Part shown: one piece after another, positions 37,768 through 49,341 of the stretch
How positions within the stretch are numbered: the first letter of the stretch is position 1
Layout of the letters: each line of letters starts with the position of its first letter
Assembly: GCA_003971905.1 (NCBI GenBank)
Contig: RSEE01000025.1
Location: 310,001-374,000 of the forward strand
Direction of reading: 5' to 3'
DNA: 64,000 nucleotides
Source: Moniliella sp. 'wahieum'
Taxonomy: Eukaryota
Position numbers and translations under genes: made by a program
The notes under the pieces: generated by a model
Told to the model about the DNA's origin: nothing
Database searches by the model: none
What the model saw: only the letters and a program-made list of their open reading frames with translations

Positions 37768-38555
37768 ATGCACCAGCCTAACGCTTCCTTTTTGACCCAA
37801 CTAGCCCAGCTGCTCGAAGCGACGCCCAGCAGCGTGTTCATCACGCAAAAGCGCATGCCCAGTGGGCACGCTGACGTAGATATGGATGAGGCTGATGCTC
37901 CATCCCCGACCGTTTCACCGCGACTGGGATGGAGGGAGGAAACTACCCCGTCCTGGTCCGTGTAACCGATGGCAAAACGGACCAGGCCAAGCGGACCAAG
38001 TTGGCCACTGTTGTTGCCGCCTCAGAACTTGCCTCCTTCACCGCCAGCTACCTGGCGCTTGTGCGCACCTGCCTCTCAATCACAGACCGGGCTCAAGCCC
38101 CGTTCCCGGTCCAAGCACCCCAAAGCTGATGCTCGCAAACGCGATGCAGTCGAAGAGGGTGCCCATAAGGCAAAGCGTACGTTGCTGTTATTCTCTGGGG
38201 AGCTGACCACTGACTTTTTGCTTGACTTGGCAGGACGCGGAGCGGGACGACGCAAGTACCAGCGGCAAGAAGCGCACAAAGCCCATCTTCGCCAACAACG
38301 TGCCCTGGTCAAGCCAACAGAGGAGGCCAAGGCGGCGGATGCCAAGGCGGCCCAGGAAGAGGCTCAAGCTCTCTTCGCTACGGGTGAGACGGTCGTACCG
38401 GGGGCCGAACCAGTGTTGGGTGCGACATCAACAGGGGGCACTGCTGGTGCAACTGGGCCAACTGTTAGGGGTGCTGCTCCTTCGGCCACTCCTGGTGCAG
38501 GTGCCGGCGGTGGGGGCAAAAAGAAGGGAAAAAGGGAAAGAAGGGAGGGCGGTAG
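37768..38555 (+). CDS. SRP14: Signal recognition particle subunit SRP14 with a basic C-terminal extension; frameshifted
   Basis: NASFLTQLAQLLE..SSVFITQKR, YPVLVRVTDGK and KLATVVAASELASFTASYLALVR. Probable intron at about 38177-38233; the end is approximate. Confidence 0.8.
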
Positions 38556-39092
38556 AGAGATCTACACCCACAATGGTCAATGTTTTCTCCCATATCCTTG
38601 CAGGAAGAGGAACGCCTACGTTTCTCATTGACTGTAATTGCTTCTGCCACCTTTGCATATAGGTTGTCCCAATGGGGGAGTGGATTCTTGTGGCCGGCCT
38701 GGGGCGCCTTCCGTGCCGGTGCAGCGATGCCGAAAGCCAAAGCGGCCTCTCGGCTGGCGCCGCTCCCAAAAAGGTTGTCCAGTTGCTCTGTTGGTTAGCA
38801 AGCCCAGACATTGGTCGGATTCACAACAGGCCCTGCGTCTGGTTGGACACGCTCAGGCGGCCTGGGCACACGAGTGGCACTGGAATGGGGAATCCGTGTT
38901 GCAAGTGACTTTGGGTACCCTGTGGAAATAGAAATAGTGTGGGGCCGCAGCGGATTACGTACACTGCGGGATTAGAAATGCTGGCTCAGGTGCACAGTGG
39001 GAGCAGCCCCCCGCAGACCGAGCGTAGCTAGCTAGCCTTCGCGCCAAGCGTAGCACAGGCAAGCGCTTGGTTGTGTACGAGCCACCATCAGG

Positions 39093-39911
39093 ATGCTCAC
39101 CTCACCCGTCCGCCTTGCGGTGCGTGCCACGCCTCGGGCGCTCAACTCGCTCCCATCCTCCGCATCGCCCCCCCTCACAGCCGACCACTGGCGTGTCAAC
39201 ACGGAGGAGACTGTCGCCATTGCCGAGAAGGCCGAGGGTCTGGTGCGCAACCGCGGTAACCATACTTCCGAGAACCCCGTGGACGGCCACGAGTACCACA
39301 CCCGGCCTGGCGGAACCTCCCCCTTCTGGCGTGCTTTCTCCGACTTCGTTATTCCTAACCCGGGCATTAGCAACGGTATTCCTCGCCATGAGCTTTGGCG
39401 CAACCCGGTACCCGGCTCGCGGCCGGAGCACCACAGCACGCCCCTAGTGTCGCCTCGGACCCTGCCGGCCACATGTACCTCAAGCGGGCTCGTCGTGTCT
39501 ACCCTCGCACCATCGCCATTACTCAGCCTATCCTAACTGGGCTTGCATTGGCTGAGCCTACGCCCGAAGGGTACAAGACCCTCGCCGAGCCTGCTTTAGC
39601 CGCCGACCCAACGCCCTTGCCAGTCGAGGCAGCGCGCCAGGCGGCGATTGATAAGTACAGTGAGCCTACCGCGTTCACTGATGCCCTTGCCACCGTGTCG
39701 AACCAGGGCGCCAAACCGCTCTACTCGCCTTCGGCCCTCCCGCCTGTGCCGCCCACGGCCTATGCCAACTACGCCAACGAAGAAGGTCGGTGATATCCCG
39801 CATGACAAGATGGACTACTTCCCAGGTGAGTTATTGCATCTTCTCTTTTTTTGTCCAAAGCTTACACATTCGCTGACTTACTAACGTGGCGCAGTCGAGA
39901 ACTACACCTAA
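39093..39911 (+). CDS. Mitochondrial complex I accessory subunit, fungal 21.3 kDa/NUZM (NDUFA7-like)
   Basis: SPFWRAFSDFVIPNPGISNGIPRHELWRNPVPGSRP...ASDPAGHMYLKR.RRVYPRTIAITQ follows the pattern of the fungal 21.3a subunit. Intron at 39826-39894; stop at 39909-39911. Confidence 0.8.
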
Positions 39912-40243
39912 ACTGCCCAACCTGAGGGGATCTGCTGAATGCAGCGTGGAAGCGATGCGCCCTCCTAACTACCCCGATGCAGTCCCACATGGAAAGAGCG
40001 GTACTTGCCGCATTTCTCGCACCAAGTAGTTGTAACGACAGTCTCAGGCTCTTTCTCAAGCAGCAACAAACCAGTGAACTGTAGAAGGAGGACTGAGTCC
40101 AGAGAGTGTGTTTTGTTTGTCTTACGTGCATTTAGGAACTTGGCCTGCCCAACTCGTCGGCATCAGCAGTGGCAGAATACTAGGGAATTCCAGTTCCACC
40201 CCTGCTTGCCCCCCCTAGGTTGGTTTGGTTTCGACCAACCGCT

Positions 40244-40860
40244 TTAGGCCTTAAGTGCAGTCTCGAGAGCAGTGAGAACCTCAATCTCAATCTCGGCCTC
40301 GGCCTTGCTGATCTCGCTGCCCGAACCCGCAGCAACCTTCTGGCCTCTGCCAGGTTGGCCTTGACAGCCTGTCATAGCAACAGAAGATGAAACGGAGAAA
40401 GTGGTCAGTGACTCCGCTCGCAAGTCCAATAGGCTCGAATAACGCACCTCGGGAGAGAACGCGTCGAGCGGGAAGGCTCGACGGCGGTGATGTCGAGGGT
40501 GTTGTTGGGGTGCACGGCCAGGAAGCCCGAAGAGACAAAGTACTTTTCGCCAGCTGCGCCTTCCTTGGTAATCACCTCCACCACACCCGGCTTGAGCTGC
40601 TCGAACGTGGGAACGTGGTTGGACAGAATACCAATATCACCCGTAGCGGTGGACGCATTGACCTGGACCACCGTCTGCTCCGGAATGGCAGCCTCGTGGG
40701 GCAGGAGGAACTTGAGCTTGAGCTGGTCCGAGACCGCGGCTGCGTCGGCGTACCCGCGCGCAGCGAGCGCGAGGCGCGGGAGCGAAGCAGCGGGCGCAAC
40801 AGGGCGCACGGCGGCCCGGGCGGCGGGGAGGGCAGTGCGACGGAGAGCAGCGCCAATCAT
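40244..40860 (-). CDS. ATP16: Mitochondrial ATP synthase F1 delta subunit
   Basis: Presequence, then RGYADAA...LKLKFLLPHE...VVQVN...GDIGILSNHVPTFEQLKPGVVEV...KYFVSSGF...LDITAVE and KAEAEIEIEVLTALETALKA*. One intron at about 40368-40450. Confidence 0.96.
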
Positions 40861-41185
40861 GTCGTCGGTGGTCGAGCAAAGGCAGGACGGCGCTTGCGCT
40901 GCTCGGGCCCCAGGACCAGGAAGCTGTGGTGGCAGCCAGCACAACACCCTCGGCACCGCGCCAGTGTCTGCCAATGCCCCGCGGGTGGCACTGCCCTCGT
41001 GCTGCCTCGCCTGCAGCAGCATTATTATGCACCCGGGACGTTCCGCGGCTGCTTGCAACATTGCAAGTTAGCATGCGCGGAATTGGAGCCGCCCGGACCC
41101 CCCCAGTCCCACCCCACCTCGTGCCAGCTCCTCCACGTGGCCGGCCCACACGCTGCCGCAACCACCTCTCCCACGACAAACGACG

Positions 41186-41522
41186 ATGCAGGACACATAT
41201 GCTGCTGCTGCTGTACGTCGCCCCCCCTCCCCGGTTTATGTCTGTTTCTGTTCTGCTTCTGTGTCCTGACATGATCATGCCCCCACAGGCCGCTCACTCT
41301 GGCGGTGGGCCGCTCCAGCCTTTCCTGCCACCCTTCCTTGCCGGCCCCGTGGCTGGAGTGAGTGGCGCAGTCGCATTCCTGTTGATCTTCTACCTGGCCA
41401 CTTCCCCTGCCGCACGCGTCAAGTCCATCGGCCTGGAGGAGGTGGTTGGTACGTTGGCTGCCTCCTTCTTTGCTGGCATCGGCGTCGTTGCTCTCTTCAC
41501 CGCCGGCGGAGTGTACGTGTAA
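41186..41522 (+). CDS. OST5: Oligosaccharyltransferase small subunit Ost5/TMEM258
   Basis: In-frame intron at 41213-41288, two TM segments, and C-terminus LAASFFAGIGVVALFTAGGVYV* typical of the family. Confidence 0.85.
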
Positions 41523-42103
41523 AACATTCTGGGGCACCCATCGCCGGACGCCTTCTCCGCCCCTTTTCCGACGGACTTGCACATGAATGATCTTACCTAA
41601 AACGATGGATGCATGCTTGGACGGGTGCGTGGCCGGATGTGAGAAGCTGGGTTGGACGGAAGGAACTGACGTGATGTTCATCTTGCCGCTGGTTGTACAC
41701 CCAACCAACCCAACCTCCCATCAGCCATGCCTTCTCCAATGGTGCCTTTGGCTGTTCCCAATTTACACCAGACGCATGCACATCCGCTACGCATATTCAC
41801 CCTTGGTTACCTCTTCAGTTGGCCCGATTTGCGCTGTAGAGGAAAGGTGGGACAGATAGGTGTTTTCTAGTTTCCGTCTGTGGCCACTAAGAGGCGTAGG
41901 GCGAACGGTCGTACTTAATCTGCCGACTGAAGAAAGCGAGTTCAGTATCATATACCACCTGCATAACCGGTAACCCAGCAACATATCATGGTTCAACGAT
42001 GAAGTTCATCTCGCTGCTGTCAATGAAGCCGAAGCGCTGGGCAATGCCACTGCAAATAACCAAGTGCGGGTTTTTCCCTCAAGACTAGTTCCTCGCCAGA
42101 AAA

Positions 42104-42175
42104 GGGCGGATAGCTCAGGGGTAGAGCGCTTGCTTAGCATGCATGAGGTCCGGGGTTCAATTCCCTGTTCGTCCA
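42104..42175 (+). tRNA. tRNA-Ala (anticodon AGC), intronless
   Basis: GGGCGGA/TTCGTCC acceptor stem with G3:U70, D-arm TAGCTCAGGGGTAGAGC, anticodon loop TTAGCAT, T-loop GGTTCAATTCC, followed by a T6 Pol III terminator at 42179-42184. Confidence 0.96.
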
Positions 42176-42661
42176 AACTTTTTTGGTGGTTGGGCACGCT
42201 CAGCCTAGAAAATAGCTACTGTTCTAGCTCTGATATTCGCCGACAGCTCCAGTTCGACTGGCCGTCCCTGTTCAGATGATGTAACAGCAGTCCATTTGAC
42301 AAAATGACGTTGAGCAAAGCCATGAACGCCGCCGTACAGATATGGGGCACCAACTGCCTCAGGGCGGAGAGGGCAGCGAGGGTGGTGAACATGAGGTGAC
42401 GCGAAAAAAGCGGAACAATAACATGATGCATGGTGCATGATGTGCGTATCCAACATAGTGCGCCAGAGGGGGGCCTCGTCTCTTTTTTCCCGGAAAAGGA
42501 ACGGCAAATGGTAGGCAAGCAAATAGAGAATCCCAAAGCCAAGGAGAAAGAAGGATCCGCACTGGCTCGAAACCAAGGAAAGGGGAGAGGGGTAACAAGA
42601 GGAGAGGGCAGAGGGAGAAAGGAGTGGAGAGGAAAGGAGATAAGGGAAATAAAGGAAAGGT

Positions 42662-43779
42662 TCATGCCACAATGCCGACGCCACTTGACCCCAGACGAAG
42701 AAATCACGTAGAGGCTTGCGCCAGTCAAGAGAGGCACCGTCAAGTTATCATCCAATCCGCCAATGTCCACAGCCTCGCTCAATGCCGCGGAGAGAGCCAG
42801 TGAGAAGCGCGAGCAAGGGTAGTGGCATTGCCGGCACCGTCGCCTTGACCGTCCACGAGCTGGCAGGGGCACCGAGTGAGGCAAAGCCCGGCTTGGTTGG
42901 TACCTCGTTCGCGGGCAAGAGCGAGTAGGGCGGAGAGAGCCACCAAGCACGACCGAAATCCCGTGCGCCCAACCCCCCCACCCAGTGCCCAGCGGCCCTG
43001 GTGCGTTGGCGGTACCCAGTACCGCAGGACGGCCCGGGGCCCAGGTCAGCCCGTCCCCACGCTCGCCTGCGGCGGCCAGGCCGGTGCCCCAAAAGCCAAG
43101 TGCAATCACGATGCCCATCACAGCAGCAGCTAGGGAGCCGGCGAGCGACTTGCGTTCGGCAAAAGGAGGCGACGGCATCTTGGGCGTGTACCGCCCCCAG
43201 AGCCGCCCGGCCACCGAGGCCGCCGTGTCACACCAGCTCAGAACAAAGATGCTGACGCCGGCCACATCGGCCGGGAGAAAGTGAAGAACGGAAAGGCAGC
43301 CAATCAGATACCACAGTACCCCATTCACTTGTTTCTTTCGCTTTCCCGCATCAGAGGACCCAGCACTGCCTCGTACGCGCGCTCAAACCAGGGGGCATTC
43401 AGACGCAGAGCGTCGGTGGAGGCCACGAGCGCAAGGAAGGCGGCGAGAGCAGCGTTGATCGCGCCGACAGGCGTGCCATGCAGATGGAGTGCCAGAACAA
43501 GAGGCGCAATGGAGCTGTGGAACAATTTGCGCGGAACCTCCCAGCTCTTGGCAGCGGGTTGAGGGGTGTGGTGGAGGTGGAGGTGGAGGTGGAGGTGGAG
43601 GTGGAGGTGGAGGTGGAGGTGGAGGTGGAGGTGGAGGTGGAGGTGGAGGTGGTGGAGGTGGAGGTGGCTCCGGTGGGAGTAACGGCAGGAACAGAGACGC
43701 GTTCCTTCGTGGGCGCAGAAGTGCCGTTGGCGTGTCGAGGCACAGCCACGCCGTTAGGCCGGATGGCAGTGGAGGACAT
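42662..43779 (-). CDS. DGK1: CTP-dependent diacylglycerol kinase; frameshifted
   Basis: EVPRKLFHSSI, LGPLMRESERNKVNGVLWYLIG, LSWCDTAASVAGRLWG, RKSLAGS and GLDDNLTVPL. The 3' end is approximate. Confidence 0.93.
43570..43667. repeat. (GGTGGA)n hexamer microsatellite, about 16 units with one interruption, inside DGK1 (poly Thr-Ser)
   Basis: Directly visible; read as TSTSTS... in the DGK1 frame. Confidence 0.95.
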
Positions 43780-44851
43780 GGCAGGCAGCGCAACGAATGG
43801 GCGGTGGGGCAAAGACAAGGATCTGCATTCCTTCGGGCTGCCGTTGTCCGCCCGGTTAAGCTTGAGGCAACGAATGAATGTGTCTGCGCGCGTGGGCGCG
43901 CCTGTGATTTGTTCTGTTCAATCGCAGCTTGAAGCGCCTCAAGCAAAATTATCGAGTAGGATTAGGATTAATGACGTGTGACTGCCCCCCCGCGCCTCGG
44001 CAGCCTCGGGCCTTGGCACTTGCCCCGCGGGCCAGACGCGCGGCGCGTGATTAACGGCTAGGGTTAGGCGCTCCGCATTTTGTGCGGGATGGAGACGCGT
44101 TGGCGGGACATGCAACCGATCATCCCGCCATAGGATCTCTCGCGGTCATCGATTATCGATTATCGTCGATGTTACCAGGTTCTGCCCAGCCCAAGGCAGC
44201 ATGGCTTTTGACCGACAGGCGGAGGCTCTGCTGGGATTTTGATCTCCGATTCCATCGTCTCTCCAATAGCTCTCTGATCTTTCCTCTTTTGTCCTTCTCT
44301 CTCCCGGACATGAGACGCAGAGCCACGCGATGCGAGAGATATCGACAGCTCCAGTTTGTCTTTGCTTCACCTTGCTGTATTGAAGGAGAAGAGAGAGGGA
44401 TTCGAAGAATCTGTGGGTCCACACTCTCGCGGACCCAACACAGTCTTTGAGGCAATACTATACAGACGAAAGATCAACGAGCATGGGGGCGGAAGCCTCA
44501 TCATATTGCCCCGCGGTGCGTAAGGAAGACAATGCATAGTAGTATAAAGTCGGTATAGAAACAGCCCCATCGAGGAGAGCATGGTAAACCGACGCAATTA
44601 AGCATATTGATTGTGGTACGCGAGGTTACAGCGAGTATACGGCATGCGTAGGGCCTCCTTTGGCCTTGCACGCGTAGCCGTGCACGGGTGGGACATGTCC
44701 CACGGGCCCAGGGGCATGACTGAAAGAACGTACAGTGGCAGGAGTAGATGCACAGCAAAAATGGCAGGTCGACACAAGGACATCTAGAGTGAGAAGCGAA
44801 AAGAGCGAGGATTGTGAAACGAAGAAGAAAAGCAAGAGGGGAAGAGAAAGA

Positions 44852-47637
44852 CTAGTGCGGAGCGTTGCAACCGGTGAGTGTGTTGCGCGGCCAAGGTTTG
44901 TTGTAGCGGGTAATGTTGGGGTTGTGATAGAGATCCAGGTGACGGGCGATGTAGGCGGCTGTGGGATGGTCGGGTGGGTCGCACGAGATGCGGGTAGGCT
45001 GGCCGTGGGGCTGATACACACGCACGTAATCGAAAAGGATTTGAGTAGGGAAAACAACCTTGTTGGGAGAGGTCCAGTCAATCCACTGGAAGCCCTCTGA
45101 GATGCTGCAAACGACCAAAGACAAGTAAGTGAGCCAGAACATGGTTAAGGAAGAGAACAGAAAAGAAAAGACATACCCCAGGTTGAGGATGATGGACATG
45201 GGTTCGGTGGGCACGAGACGTTGGCCAATGTCCATTTGCTTCTGAGGGCCAAGAGCATTGCCATTCATCCGCACGACGGCTTGCCATCAATCCACCATTG
45301 AATGTAGCCGTTTCCGGTTCCGTCCCAGTCGGCGAGTACTCCATCCCGTACCGCACAAACCGGTTTCCCGTTTCAGAAAAGTTGTCATCAGGTATGCGCG
45401 AGACAACAGAAACCGATTCTTGGTAGGGCCCACCATGGTAGGAATTTGCCGTGCTGATGCTGGTGTTGTAGATCTGGATTTGGTCCGATCCATTGCCGGA
45501 AAAATACTGCTGGTCAAAAGGTGCCACCTGGGCCGACTGAGACGCATAGGTATGGCCCTCCTGCACCTGCATCTCGAAAACGTCCATTCGGACGCGCCGC
45601 GACCGACGTGCCGGTTGGGCCGGGATGGTCCTCCCCGGGGCACGTACATGCTGATGCTCGCATCCCTGGCAGGGAACTGATCTTGCCTTTGTAGGCAAAG
45701 GGCGCATGAGAGTGGATCGCGCCTGCAGGGCCCGAGCCATTGAGGAAGGTTTGGCCTTTGAGGATGCCCGTATCACACGAGTTGTAATCGTATGGCCACA
45801 GGCCCTCGGTACTTCCCATGTACCCGGCACGACCCAGGTTGCCCATCAACCATGCCGCAGGCCAGTACCCCTTGCGTGACGGGTTCCCCCCAGGCAGCCG
45901 GGTGTTAAACTCAATGTACCCGCCTTGGAAGCAGAACTTGTTCCAGCTCTGGAGCATGCCCGACTGGAAGTTGAGATTGTGAGTCTCTTTCTGGCTCAGC
46001 GTAAGAGCGAGCGAGCCGCCGGTAGTGTTGATCGCTTCGGGAGAGTACCATTCATAGTTGCCCGTCGCCCCGTACCAAATGTTGGCGGCCTCCCAAAAGG
46101 GCTGCACACTAGGGTCAGCCATCGTTTCAACAAAGGTGCCAGATGGAAGGTAGACTCACATCGTCCCCGGGTAAAACGTGCGGCCTTCTACATTAAACTC
46201 GTCGCTAAAGACCAAGTCGAACCGGCTCCCTTCCTTGTTTTTCCACTGCAGGGCCTCTTGGGGGGTATCCTGGTCGATCAGTGCACGCATGGTGCCGGGC
46301 ATGGAGACCTGTCCTGTCCCATTGGTCCCGCCCACGCCGAGGCCATACTTGCCCCAGTCCTTCTCCTTGGAGAGAAACGTGTCCAGGATCGGATATCCGG
46401 CAAATACATGCACAGGCCAAGCATTATCAGCACCATTGTGCTCACATTGAGAACACCGCCCCACGAGATGCCATGGTTCCGGTCCGTTCGTTTCTCCACT
46501 TCGTGTAAGTAGTCATCCGGGTCCAGTTCGCCATTGGATGCGAGAAGACGAGACCGGACGGTGGCTTTCGCTGCTGCTGTTTTCTCTGTGGCGTTTGCTT
46601 GGGCACGCGGCGCGCCCATTTGCGCCGGCCTGGTGGGCAAGACTCTGACTCCATTCTCTTCCTCTTGTTTCTTGTAGAGGCATGCTGTGTTGTTTCGCAG
46701 GATGATCGACGAACGAGGCGGCCGAGTCCACCGAGTTCCGGTTCCGATGGGAAGCAAGGCCTTTTGCAAGCGCGGATCCATCTCGTCTGACTGCCTCGGT
46801 CCCAAAACAGGGGGGATGCTGACGCTCGAGCGCTTCGCGTGATGGGTGGGGTGCCACTGGTTGGGAGTACGGGAGAATGCGCCCGCCGTACCATCAAACC
46901 GATTGGGCGGGGGAAGCTTGCGTTGGCTTCCCTTGTGCGGGCTTCCCTTGCGTGGAACAGGCGGCCGGGAAGCGGCAGCCATGGTAATGTCGCCGTTGTA
47001 TCCCGAGGCAGGCGTATCGTACCACGGGTCGGTGGTCGAATGTTGTCGTGATGGGACCCATGTCGCTTGGTTGGCGATTCCGATAAAGGAATGCGCTCGG
47101 GCGAACGATCACGCACCCAGCCAGAATGATTGGGACCGGCGCCCTGGTCGTCCCTTTGCTCCCGAAGCGCCATGCTCGTGTTGCGGCCCCCGGGCGCAGC
47201 AGCTGACTGATAGGCCAAGGGATGCACAGTCTTGTTGGACGACACGACGGCCTGGATGCTCGTGCCAGGTACTGATGGGTGGGATGATGTTCCGACTTGG
47301 CCCGTAACCGAGTCGTGGGTCCTGCTCAGGCGCATCAACGCTGAAGCTCTCGTCAAAACGGATATCGTCCCACTGGTCCCGCTTGCCGGACGCAATGCGC
47401 TGGCGCACGGGCGAGATGCCTGTTTCGAGGGTGCAGCGTGGGCATGCGTGCAGCAACAGGGCTAAGCGCTGGCATTGACGGCCGCGTAGATGGGGTCAAG
47501 CGGGGCAGGGCGGACATGGGCTCGGGATAGGCACCCGCGGGGGGGCGGGTACCGCCCGAAGACGCCAGGGGACGAGCAGGTGCGGGTGGAGCTTGCGGTG
47601 CACGTTGGGGTTGGCGGGGGCGCGTGGGAGCTCCCAT
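44852..47637 (-). CDS. KRE6: Beta-1,6-glucan synthesis-associated GH16 protein Kre6/Skn1; frameshifted
   Basis: EL DPDDYLH, a TM segment followed by FAGYPI, LVFSDEFNVEGRTFYPG, WYGATGNYEWYSPEAI, FQSGMLQSWNKFCFQGGYIE, MGNLGRAGY, SACTCPGEDHPGP, EPMSIILNLG and FDYVRVYQ. Introns near 46110-46160 and 45105-45176. Confidence 0.95.
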
Positions 47638-49341
47638 GGCGCGGGAGATGCGGGGGCGGAGGGAAGCGGAGGGGGGGCGGAGGCGGAAGAGAAGCAAAGG
47701 GGGTGCAGCAAAGACGAGGGCAGGAGGGGGGTGAGGAGGTGGGAGGTGGAGGCAGGTGTGCGTGCCTGTCGCGACGGACTTGGGGTCGGGGGTGTGATCT
47801 GGATCATGTGATGCCGTGCGTAATTTGTCCCGGAGGGCTGGCATGGGGCACAGGGGGAGTGTGGGCGTGACGCGTCCAGCTAGAAGGGTATCCAATATCC
47901 ACCTGCCAACATGAGCGCCTCAGCCTCAGCGGCTCAGTACTCAGACGGAGTACTGAGACTCAGTCCTAGTAGGCTGTAGCAGGCCGTAGCAGCCACAACA
48001 CTCCCTCGCAAGCGCACACCATACCAGTCCCCATCACCCTCCTGGTCCTTCCTCGCTTGAGTAAGTCACTGGTTCCTTGTTGCTGCTTCGTCGCTGTCCT
48101 AGTCACTAGTGGCAGTACCTAGCCACACATCACCCCAGTCACCGCTGAGGTCACCATTGTCAACGTTGTCATGTTCAGTACGTTCAACGTGTTCAACACG
48201 TTCAACACGCCACCGGCAATGTATGGATCGGGGATGCCTGATGGATGATTAATGGCATGTGACATGTTTCATGCGTATGTCACCTGCCCCGTACCGAGGT
48301 CTCATCTTGGTTGCCAAGCCTGGAGTTGGCCTAGGTGGGTCTAGGTTGGCCAGGGTTGCCCTCCGCTGCAAGAACCAAGTGAGGCCCAATCTTATGTCTC
48401 CCACTGCCTCCCACTGCCTCTCAGATCTCACTGGCCTCCCGCCATCGCCATCCCTGTCCGACGCCACCCAACCAACAACGGTGCAAGGCACGCGTCGTGA
48501 AGCATCACGTGATGCTTTGAATAGGACACCCCAAGCGCGCCACCCGCGTCGCACTTCACGTGACGCGTGTTGGAGCTCGACAACCTTGTTAGAGAACGCT
48601 TCTTGGGTTCGTGTGTGCATGTTGTCAAAGAGGACAAGATCGACAGAGAGAAGAGAGAGAAAAGGTGTTGGATCGATTCCACCAGAGGAGCCCGTTAAGG
48701 GCAGAACATAGGGCAGAGCCGGTAGAACAGCACGATGCGCGATGCGCGATCAGCTGCGTGCATGATGCATGATGGCGCTGACACATGTGCTTGGTGGTTG
48801 TCTCTCTCTCGTTTTGCAGCTCCCTTTTTTGCACGTCAGTTGCTGCCACCACCAGCCAAAATCCTGTTGCGCGCCGGCCTTAGTCACTTTGTGCAGTGGA
48901 ACTAGATCCTGTAGGAAGCCAAGCCGCCCTTTCCATCGTCGGATACCGCTCATTTCCCTTGCATGTGCATGATCGGCGACCTCCAAGCCGTCTGTCTCTA
49001 TATGTCCCGATTTTGGGGTTATTCGGGTACCCAGTGTTTCTCTCTGACAGGCATCTGGTCGGCGGTTGAGATGTTGATCTAGGGCGCCACAACGCAAGCG
49101 AACGAGGGGTACGACAGTTTGCCATTTGCATTCTACAGAGCAACGCAAGTGCCGTGCGGAGCAGGGTGATTAGGGGAGCGGAGCAGTTCCAGAGGGAAGC
49201 AACGTCTCTTGGACGATCAGAGCCCAAGGGGGGAGAAAAAGAGAGAGAGGAGAAATAAAGCGGGGGAGGAGATAGCCCATCTGACAAGGGCCCCAAGCTA
49301 CGTGTCCATTGCAAGAGACAGTACTGCTGTGTCGTCTAACC

